From Amphiscolops sp. MND2022 (lineage: Eukaryota), in the NCBI GenBank assembly GCA_964187785.1, contig OZ076409.1, forward strand, positions 73,720,001 through 73,784,000: a DNA stretch of 64,000 nucleotides. Reading direction: 5' to 3'. Positions 10,701 through 18,184 of the stretch are shown here, one piece after another. Below the pieces are notes generated by a model. The model was not told the origin of the DNA. It saw only the letters and a program-made list of their open reading frames with translations, and did not search any database. Both the position numbers and the translations under genes were made by a program. Every line of letters begins with the position of its first letter. Position 1 is the first letter of the stretch.

Positions 10701-11882
10701 TGTGTCATGCGTGTTTTCGGAAAGCGGAAAGCTGAGCAAAGAGAGTTCGATAATCACATTCAGCGAGTACGTGATTCCGGAAACCCGTTTAAGATCTTTG
10801 AAGCTACGGACGAAATCTGTCTTAGTAAAAGCTCTGTTTGGAATGTTACTGAGTCAGCTCAGGTAAGTAACCACTTGAATGATAAGGTAAACGAACCGAA
10901 AAGGTTAATAATTTACAAGAAAGCTATAGTGAGGGTCACTGTGAATTTGGAAAGCGAGCAGTTGTCCCAAGGTCAGGTAGGTGTAGTCCACGAGGTTCCC
11001 ACCGGTGACTCGGTCACGGTGTACATCCCTGACACTAGTGGTGGAGACGTTGACATCACTCAGGCGATGCTGGACAACGAGGAGTACCTAAACTGGCGCT
11101 CAGTGACTCTCACGAGACAAACAGGGTTTGTGCAGCCGTTCAGGAAGAACTCGATTCGCAGAGTGCAGATTCCGTTGATGAACAACGTTGCGATGACCAC
11201 GCACAAACTGATGGGCGACACGTTCGACAAGCTGGCTACGTCAATCTCGGTTACCGACAGCAGCTATAACTTGTGGATGACGTCTCAAGTTTTCGTCATC
11301 GTGAGTCGAGTGAAGCAATTGAAAAATCTCACGTTCGTCGGAAACAAGTCAGATACGTTGAACGCGATAAGATCAATTTTTGAAGCCAAAGACTTGCGCG
11401 AAGAGCGTCTTTTCTCGTTGTTAGATAAAATCCGGAACAATTCAAGATCTGGTTCCCTTGTTCAGGCCATCGATGTTTCACAGATGTCATATGTTCCTTT
11501 TAATAAATCTATTCCGCGATCGCCTACTGGTTTTGTGTACCTTTTGACAAGCCTCAACCCAACGTCGCCCGAAACTTTTTACGTAGGCCAAACAGAGCGC
11601 GCCTTGTTGACACGTTTGTCCGAGCATAATAGTGGGAACGGCTCAGAATTTACGAAAGTGCCGCACCGGTTGCCTTGGGCCGTCGCTGCATTTATATGCA
11701 ATTTTGACTCGAAATTTTCTCGCCGTGATCTCGAACAAGAACTTCATCGAGAAATGTATGTACGCCGCAATCGTTTGAAAACTCTGAATGACATGATCGC
11801 CCTTTTCCAAGAGAAAGTTTCAAATTTGAACTGCGGCCTTCATTTTTGCGTGTGCGGTGAGTATCGGGCTACTTCAAGTTGA
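4758..11882 (+). CDS. Helitron-like Rep/helicase transposase with C-terminal GIY-YIG nuclease, 2374 aa
   Basis: Rep motifs PDLFVTFTCN, RAEFQ..LQHYHILFW, RYLTSYAAG. Pif1-like motifs GPPGTGKT, VLFVEEVS, PFGGVLVIASGDQMQLP, MTTHKLMGDT, VIVSRVK. C-terminal GFVYLL..FYVGQT..RLSEHNSGNG..LPW. Cys/His clusters in the N-terminal third. Confidence 0.9.
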   Translation: MPRGRGRGRSGGTARRKCAVHNLFVGADGFCGRCASQVEQQQQVESDQDDQTASNGNVPNPPDAPNGAERSQVEMCDRCSRTSSDSYRLDLHSKQKDSTHTTMFGRHMNEVSGETVRMCQQCIAYDVNPNRHKDWPNAWPSVLYTLLFDTHRFNSNAEKLYKILPHEIKESYKQHMYTVHPSIVTTVNESVLRDITTEKEDFWTLINSRTAKNLVKALTKYCFPNIRCPAGCFEFVEKSHGISFAHFLNWIYPLFTSFNANSRKFLKGAREDFMKRLTLLEKFNVAPCIMVNEKGLQLVTCGDHKNGVLLNYVHVPTNPVSGNISPKFVDRLAPMVSSVRTVRPLKIGAKSATFTMCRVDSGRISGVSSTVLHKFRNFECPLNYLRLNMEKLLINCRDDIKVIIRVCCQNQEITSNLATELLELDLPTSTALVEEHCKNSTVFNMNTLMRMKDFVETCTDDILSRDSFKKPSIYGHKMDGYGFEPPSLPKIFSQHQSLFTFAYCLLYNDLIWSKLCSCSGETDQLVELCKLLNCLRGNRSLQYNNTINSVMTKLRRILNELFPSQLEPLTSLCDTLEGCQVVHCPRGSVENVVIDCSRNDVVLVVANEAPARDRQIPFNLTSPNGKDFQLNFISADGKVSLRHGDPFFNFWTIVNDGSRAMKDPTLEYQYNRIWKFLVYVSNTDLNEETKLRYLKYMGGQGVFFCREHNLPLSTDYFKSGRKCSMPKNSTDHLICTRKSAWRCPKKGCVASVCKTHFRQFCDTNDKVLVDNAQSDDAILDSSDDEPTFEEEAAQQPDDNLPGPSFVLDEPQRIDNLEANMDEFDCPQLIVDAGFQETDAFATDAGCEPVYLSEDSNFVPMHVLLNGECQLLKRLKYPSHIGKRFQRFFQNFVSTLPGRSIPLLQPEACLFPSIFYKQLEDGSFPGALPFFLYDDKNANSKLEFDGLHEHLRLRLKDGTLLTSSNLAYIMYAFDCVLNLSLTKCHTNQFFKRGLQTITIGKYKPQQLTSTESVLKMDSVDSDVHVNRLGTACATETPDLFVTFTCNQKEHPGVAEIVQAIYELYGNASTEELKEVLQAYMVIIVRCWTRTIELLIDYLRFSDERILGEILKVWGRAEFQSAAANLQHYHILFWLKNLTEDIINKIQCAHKHVFYEFQKLFSVNFGTVDSVEHAVKLFDDCVRVQTHSCDKGHCLKKVRLDGERKCRFPAYPQSHVPWYKEFHQPHTHEALEVLQEIDLAEPMPGFFNTLQVTSTLKAGKYMYAAQKGEHMSPLNVALWSICKSSLNVLKVCKSVASRYLTSYAAGKEEHADVSINPDNAHNVLNVQVKKIENKKLGGVRKILAREAKHDKTQGIIDSTTIATTECVSWMLQLPTVITTMDFVSVPTVALENRGGVLLKRKNNTQSRSNIPGVANEGPAQIRQHHLQFPAHRLFTTGQKIVLESVNKTPFTTDKVTVFSLRPPELLFVNKLKLYYRWFIREKLPGKKETICVRFLKNDVIDSTWVDGENYAIRLRPCAVGEFSNFVQECLLQTPADDKLNDAWRVITHVLNIANHQNRSFFVSADPNLSNTPAEVVFSKVYPRSPANFLIHFLLSNACFETELELFDVPTLKDAYIKGKIVPDKQVFDVDDCNQLLKKYVLEQLRYLPGGTRSFDGNVLAAKSAFKGMLIDNDVYNEGLPITTMDTLTEALEDKAKKMLRQSQVNIIKSLTQKNLPNFPSSVDFETVTKETPSNWSAELIANVFQSADSLHEQSLILETLKNLIVGSLFAGHKFNKHQLILGPPGTGKTYVLTMALGFALSKGLFCLVTSLASRRSMHFGGEHIHKLFCLPPCSKGSPIKMAEQALTKLDHRNDKKMLLLALEVLFVEEVSLISAEQWSAMDMTLQELKQSTLPFGGVLVIASGDQMQLPCIEGSDIFLSPVLLTNFALFFLDHFVRMTDQAGQTVLRHMWKRPINPAAVAEILAILDAKCRFKDSWADLDDPCVMRVFGKRKAEQREFDNHIQRVRDSGNPFKIFEATDEICLSKSSVWNVTESAQVSNHLNDKVNEPKRLIIYKKAIVRVTVNLESEQLSQGQVGVVHEVPTGDSVTVYIPDTSGGDVDITQAMLDNEEYLNWRSVTLTRQTGFVQPFRKNSIRRVQIPLMNNVAMTTHKLMGDTFDKLATSISVTDSSYNLWMTSQVFVIVSRVKQLKNLTFVGNKSDTLNAIRSIFEAKDLREERLFSLLDKIRNNSRSGSLVQAIDVSQMSYVPFNKSIPRSPTGFVYLLTSLNPTSPETFYVGQTERALLTRLSEHNSGNGSEFTKVPHRLPWAVAAFICNFDSKFSRRDLEQELHREMYVRRNRLKTLNDMIALFQEKVSNLNCGLHFCVCGEYRATSS

Positions 11883-11904
11883 ACATCGTAAAAGCTAAAA
11901 AGTA

Positions 11905-12335
11905 GGGGAAGCACATAGTTCTACTCTGATAGTGAACGTGTGTTGTTCTCTATATTAGGTTTTAAAACAACATGTAATTTCGTTTGAAAATGTAAAAGTA
12001 GGCACTGTTGAATATCGCACAAAGTTCTACTAAACAGGGTGGACACCGTGCGATACTCTGTTTGTTCACTGTAGGTTAGTTTGCTGGAATCGACGGAGAG
12101 CGTGGTTCCAGGTAGGTTTATATTAGGTTAGTTAGCTGGAATCGACGATGAGCGTGGTTCCAGGTAGGTTTAAATTAGGTTAGTTTGCTGGAATCGACGA
12201 TAAGCGTGGTTCCAGTTTTCTTTATATAAGGTTAGTTTGTTGAGTATCGCACAAAGTTCGACTGCAGAGGGTGGACACCGTGCGATATTCAACAGTTGAA
12301 TTTGAATGGTGGAATCGACGATAAGCGTGGTTCCT
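11905..12335 (+). repeat. Hairpin-rich 3' block, including ~52-bp repeats of ggaatcgacgatgagcgtggttcc
   Basis: Motif at ~12086, 12138, 12190, 12311. tatcgcac...gtgcgata stems at ~12012 and ~12245. Block is duplicated at 15160-15840. Confidence 0.85.
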
Positions 12336-13518
12336 GGTTTGATAGTTTTTAAAAGTAACAGGGTAGGATTAAAGAAGAAAATGACAAAGAACGATGTGAC
12401 AGACCCATGATGACGATCCAGAAGCAAGACTTACAGTGTATGAGCTTGTGTACACCTTCCAAGCTTATACACAACTTTTTAAAAAAACCAACATCGAAAC
12501 ATATAACCAGTGTAGCAGCACGTGTAGACCTTTTGAGTCTTCCACGCTGACACACTCTACGTAAATAAAGATCGTCAAATCCCAAAAACTGAAATATCAT
12601 ACCAAAACCGGACTATCCCAAAACCGACTTTTCCACTACGACTTTTTGACTAAAACTTAAAGACTGAAACTTAATTGACTGAATTTAACTCTTTTCCTAC
12701 TCCTACAATTGGTTTTCCCTGAGTTTAGCTAGAAGGTTGAGTTGAGAGAAGATGAGATAGACCTCAGAGTAGCAGCAACCGCGGTAATTTCCGAATTACA
12801 ATATTTTTAATAGTTTGGACAGGAAAACTTAGATAGAGTAATAGTTTTTCTAGAACCATATATATGGCTATAAACATCTTTTTCAGTCCAGGCGATGTCC
12901 TGGCCGGCGAAGCCTTGTGCCAGGACGGAGCCCTATTAGAGGTTGATCATCAGAAACGATTGTTTTCATTATTTGATGTATCCAGAGATAAAAAAAATTT
13001 AGGTATAAGAATTTTCTATCTTTTTTAAGATTTCGAATACAAAAAATATCCTCCAATTTGTTTAAACGTCCAAAAATTATTGAAAAACTAATAATTTTTT
13101 GTTTAATAATGTCCTTGAGAGATTGAAGTTTTGTCATAAATGTCTTAAACTGACCACCGTTTTTTACCCGCGGAGCATTTGTTAGATTTCAGTGCATCAG
13201 GGCACTTTTTAATTAGATAGATGGTGACTTAAGAGGAAGCTTTCAATAATATTTCTTGCACCACAGTTCTATTCAGTAACAAGATTGAGAGATTTCAGAG
13301 ATATTTATTCATTTAGCAACCCAATTTTTCAACATTCTCAACATAAGACGCTCTCAATGCCTAAATGTAGTCTTTACAAAAATCTTAAGTATTTCTGTAA
13401 CAAATTTGCATCTTAATCAGTCCCGGCGATGTCCTATGAAAGCCTTTCTTCAACAGCAGCTACAATTGGGGTTTTAACTTTGTAGTTATTTTTCAGACAA
13501 ATTGTTCATCCATCAAAA

Positions 13519-14487
13519 ATGCCTGGATATCTTAAAACATCACTGTCTCTGCAGCAAGCCCGCGACATTGTCAGAAACAGGTTTACCGACAGCGATACAA
13601 CCGTGCTGTCCAATGCAACACCCCCTCGTTTCTATAGTATCAGACTAGTTCTCATTCATATTGCTGCTTCCAGCGGTAAAAAATTATCCTTCGTGAAGAC
13701 GTCACGAAACGACGCAAGAAAATCGAAGTTCTTAGAGATTGAAAAGTACCATAGGTTCTTCTTGTTCGGGTCCCACGCAACTGAAGAAGTATACGCAATG
13801 TTCACGGACACAGCCGCAGACACACACAATTTGCTGCGCTACAATTCAAGTCTTCACCCCGGCGCCACAGTTGACATCCTGAACGCTCAAGTAGAAGGGT
13901 TGCTTAAAGCGACCAACACGACTCTCATTTCAACTATTGAACCCCTAGTTCCCCTGGAAAATAATGAAATTCGAAACTTGGCGCTTCCACATTCGCTGGA
14001 AATGGCGTCCTTCCGATACTTTGAATTTACCACTACTACATTAACCATAAGATCAGCCACCGCGACTGAAAATGTGTGTCCCTCATATCTATGTGACGCA
14101 CAGACAGTGCTTCAGACATGCGGCTGTTCGTCTGTAGCTACTAAAAAAACATGGGCGTTGACTTTAGTTGTACAATGTCAGGAGCTGGAGCCATTGGAGG
14201 ATGTGGACAATGTCACCGTTACTTCTAATGCTGCCACTGACATTTTTGTCACCGCGCAATCAAGAGAATTGTCCCCGAGCTCGACAAATTTCGATCCGTT
14301 CGCACTGGATACCGCCATTGTGGATATGTGCTTGGGAATAAATGGTAATGGTGGTTTCCTCATCAAAGGCTGGTTCAAGCCAAGTGTATCGGAGGAAGGT
14401 GCCACGAAAGACGTGAAGAGGATTCATATTTGTGCGTTGAAAAATGTTAACGAGCTACCCGAAGATATAAGGGCACTGAAGTATTGA
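13519..14487 (+). CDS. Uncharacterised 322-aa protein; possible OB-fold/zinc-binding ssDNA-binding accessory protein
   Basis: Intact ATG-TGA ORF with globular composition, preceded by a tttttcag acceptor (13496). PGATVDILNAQV segment and C-x4-C-x8-C-x-C cluster. Function is inference only. Confidence 0.7.
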   Translation: MPGYLKTSLSLQQARDIVRNRFTDSDTTVLSNATPPRFYSIRLVLIHIAASSGKKLSFVKTSRNDARKSKFLEIEKYHRFFLFGSHATEEVYAMFTDTAADTHNLLRYNSSLHPGATVDILNAQVEGLLKATNTTLISTIEPLVPLENNEIRNLALPHSLEMASFRYFEFTTTTLTIRSATATENVCPSYLCDAQTVLQTCGCSSVATKKTWALTLVVQCQELEPLEDVDNVTVTSNAATDIFVTAQSRELSPSSTNFDPFALDTAIVDMCLGINGNGGFLIKGWFKPSVSEEGATKDVKRIHICALKNVNELPEDIRALKY

Positions 14488-15104
14488 AAGCCTCGTGGCC
14501 ATAGAAGTGACTGGGCCCATTTGTAGTAAAATGAGAGATCGACGATAAGCGTGGTCTCTCTTGTTGAAAACTAGTCTCTGATAGAAATGAAAGCAATGAT
14601 TACAACAAATTTGAGTATGTAATTTAACGTTTCCTTAGTTTATTCGTGTGCTATTGAATACTAGCAGAGATTCATACACGGGATGTCATTTTCGTTCCTG
14701 ATCAGCAATTATTCATTGCGTTTTTAGTTGCGCTTGTTTATTTTATTATACAATTAGTCACCTAATCGGAAAAATGTTATTTCATTATGAATGTTTTTTT
14801 GCATCAGTAATTGAGTTTTCCATATACAATCATACTTAATTAGCTCAATATTATCGCTTTTGAAAATACTGATATTCAAAATGAACTCCATCGTTTTGGA
14901 ATTGTTCGGTTTAATTTTTTTGCTAAACTCCAATTAATTCCGAAGAAGGAAGTGGACAATTTGTTGGGAATCAATTGCTTCTCATCCAACTATTCTCTAA
15001 CGGTATTTTGTCACAAAAACAATTGCGAAAAAAACAATAAAGCGCTGTTCTTAAAATTAAAATCAAAAAGGTGAAAATGACCTAAAATTTGTTGCTCTTT
15101 TGGT

Positions 15105-15840
15105 GGAATCGACGATGAGCGTGGTTCCCGCCTTGTGAAGTACCGGGTAAAGGTTTTACGGGAAAGCACATTGTTCTACTCGGAAAGTGAACGTGTGTTG
15201 TTCTCTACATTAGGTTTTAAAACAACATGTAATTTTGTGTAAACTTGTAAAAGTAGGCACTGTAGAATATCGCACAAAGTTCTACTACACAGGGTGGACC
15301 GTGCGTTCGTCACTCGTCACTCAATGAGCCGTTCGTCACTCGCCGGAAGTGAACTTAAAAAAATTAATGTCATTTCTGTTAAACTTATTCTTATTATCTC
15401 CGCAATAAAAACCAAAAAAGTTTAAATTTTTACGGGTAAACAAAACTAATTTATTGTTTAATCCCGCAGGATTTTTTCACTCGATAGTCATCAGGTAGTG
15501 TTTTTGCGGACTACATTTTTGCGTGTGCGGACAGTATAGGGCTACTTAAAATTCAATGTCTTTTTCTTTAAAATAAAAATTTAAAATAAGTATTTTGGGT
15601 TTTTGCTGGAATCGACGATGAGCGTGGTTCCAGGTAGGTTTTAAATACGTTGGTTTGCTGGAATCGACGATGAGCGTGGTTCCAGGTTGATTAAATTAGG
15701 TTAGTTTGCTGGAATCGACGATGAGCGTGGTTCCAGTTTTTTTAACATTGATTTAATTCGGTGGTTTTCTTTTCATTAGGTTAGTTTGTTGAGTATCGCA
15801 CAAAGTTCGACTACAGAGGGTGGACACCGTGCGATATTCA
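15105..15840 (+). repeat. Second copy of the hairpin-rich 3' block
   Basis: 15160-15305 matches 11905-12052; 15600-15840 matches 12075-12290. Confidence 0.85.
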
Positions 15841-16031
15841 CTTTCTTTGGAATTTGAGAAAAATTATGTAACGACAACCCCCTGCATTCTCTAACATCAT
15901 TAACCACTAATTAACCTCCACTCAACACCCGACTGAAGACGACGCTCCTTCTCCAATCACGTAAGTAACATTTTTTCTCTTTTTAACACTTTCCCGCCTA
16001 CTGGACTCTTCGTTTTGCCGTCCACGTCTAG

Positions 16032-17315
16032 GTGCCAAAACCCAATGGTTTGCCAAACACTTCGAGGGCGGGGTAGGGCCCCCAGCCCGAGTCAAAAGTC
16101 GAAGACTAACAACGTAAGGCCAATACTAAAACCTCCTATCGATCTTGGAAACGGCCCGTCAGATTTGGCTCAAATTTTGCATGCGGCTTCCTCTAGCGAT
16201 TCTAAGAACTAATCCCTACTGGCGTTTTGCCCGGAAAAATCGAAAAGTTGGTCAAAATCACTATTTTAGGTGCCAAAAATGGCGTTTTTTTGAAAAAAAA
16301 AATTTTAAGAGCCAATATCTCGTTCCACAGGCCCCGGATCAAAAAGTGTACAATTGTTCGCACGTTAGGCACTTCATGAACTGTCCGTAGACAAATTTTC
16401 GTCCCGATCGGATTAAAATTGACTGAGTAATAGAAAACTTTCAAAGTGATTTTGACGACATTTTTCGAAAACCTAGTCTATCTCTGCCGTTTTTTGCCCA
16501 GATTTTTTTCCAGGACCTCTCCTAAAGACCTCCCCTGGCCGGTTTACCTCCCAGAAAAACCATTTGGCCCTTTTGCCGCAGTTTCAGCGTTCCAGGATTC
16601 CTCGGGTAAAAGTAAAATGACTTAGAATTTTTTCGAAAAATTTTCAAAAAAATTTTTTTCAACTTCAGGCCTCCCAAAGTCAAGAAACGTCCACACAACT
16701 AGTATTGCAAGTGGATGCATGTGGAAAGTGCTCGAATAGACGAGAAAAATGAGCTATTATAAACCTCTGTAGCTCAACCTGACGTTGACTTATGACAATT
16801 TTAGTGTGAGCTTGCTATGTGAGAAAAAATTTCAAAAATTGAAAATCGAGCTAAGTCTCATCCAAAACTCATCGGAATACGTTCAATCCACCCTAAAGCG
16901 GTTTAATTCCAGTTACTAAGTGCAGCAACACCATTCAAGGTCATTTAACCCATATTTATAATTTTTGACACCGTCTTATCCATTTGAAAGTTCGAAACAG
17001 TTGAGTACATTCCATCTCCCCTACGTGGGAGATGGTAATGTACTCGCAAAAAGCCAAGGTCCTACCGCCCTATTTTATCCGGCGTTGCATCAGAAATGCA
17101 GTAGCATGAGCTCCAGGTTGTTTGCAGTAGCCTTTACGTATGTTGTGACTATTTATTACAATTCTAACTCTGTTACTAAACATGAAAAAATAGTTTCAAT
17201 CCCAAAAATTTTCATTTCAACTTTAGTATGTCACCAATAAACATATATGCATCTTTCCTACTACAACCACCCTACCACCCGGCCCCTTGTCCACTGTTCA
17301 ACCGTGCACGTCTAG
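16032..17315 (+). mobile_element. Non-autonomous unit, 1284 bp
   Basis: Head nearly identical to element A head; subterminal hairpin 17003-17045; tail ..gttcaaccgtgcacgtCTAG. Confidence 0.85.
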
Positions 17316-18184
17316 GTGCCGAAACCCAATGGTTTGCCAAACACTTCGAGGGCGGGGTAGGGCCCCCAGCCCGAGTCAAAAGTCGAAGACAAACAACTTA
17401 AGGCGATTGCTGGGATCTCCTATCGATTTTCTAAACGAGCCGTCAGATTTGGCTGAAATTTTGCATACGGCTTCCTATAACAATCCTAAGAACTAATCCC
17501 TACTGGCGTTTTGCCCGGAAAATTCAAAAAGTGGGTCAAAATCTTAGTTTTTTGGTCGAAAAATGGCGTTTTTTTGGAAAAAATTTTTTTAAGAGCCCAT
17601 ATCTCGCTCCCAGGTGCCCGTAGCGACCAGACCTCGGACGGTACTATTGCTGGGCACTTCGTAAGGAGTCCGTAGACAAATTTTCGTTCAGATCGGATGA
17701 AAATTGACTGAGTAATAGCCGCAAATCCGACGAATTTTTCAGAAAATTTTGGTACACCTAGTCTATCTCTGCCGTTTTTTGCCCAGATTTTTTTCCAGGA
17801 CCTCTCCTAAAGGCCTCCCCTGGCCGGTTTACCTCCCACGAAAACCATTTGGCCCTTTTGCCGCAGTTTCAGCGTTCCAGGATTCCTTGAGTAAAAGTAA
17901 AATGACTTAGAATTTTCTCAAAAATTTTTCAAAAATTTTTTTTTCAACTTCAGACCTCCCAAAGTCAGGAAACTTCCACACAACTAGTATTGCAAGTGAA
18001 TGCATGTGGAAAGTGCTCGAATAGACGAGAAAAATGAGCTATTATAAACCTCTGTAGCTTAACCTGACGTTGACTTATGACAATTTTAGTGTGAGCTTGC
18101 TATGTGAGAAAAAATTTCAAAAATTGAAAATCGAAGCTAAGTCTCATCCAAAACTCATCGGAATACGTTCAATCCATACCAAAT
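17316..18184 (+). mobile_element. Non-autonomous unit, 3'-truncated and fused to element B
   Basis: Matches unit 55391-56672 up to ..ttcaatccat.., then switches at cggt (18185) to the head sequence seen at 37157. Confidence 0.8.

Larger units (their letters stand above)
1239..16031 (+). mobile_element. Element A: putatively autonomous Helitron-like element, 14.8 kb (SGNH esterase, Rep-helicase-GIY-YIG, 322-aa ORF)
   Basis: Bounded by CTAGGTG junctions at 1235 and 16028. First ~760 bp shared with the short units. Three intact co-oriented ORFs. Exact boundary within the 7-bp core cannot be determined. Confidence 0.85.

Noticed and set aside
12880..12960. Hammerhead ribozyme on the minus strand (ctgatga present)
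   Set aside because: Could not build stems I-III with a correctly placed GAAA core.
1239..16800. LTRs flanking element A (1239 and 16032 start near-identically)
   Set aside because: No reverse transcriptase, integrase or gag, and no TG..CA ends or primer-binding site. The same head recurs on other modules.
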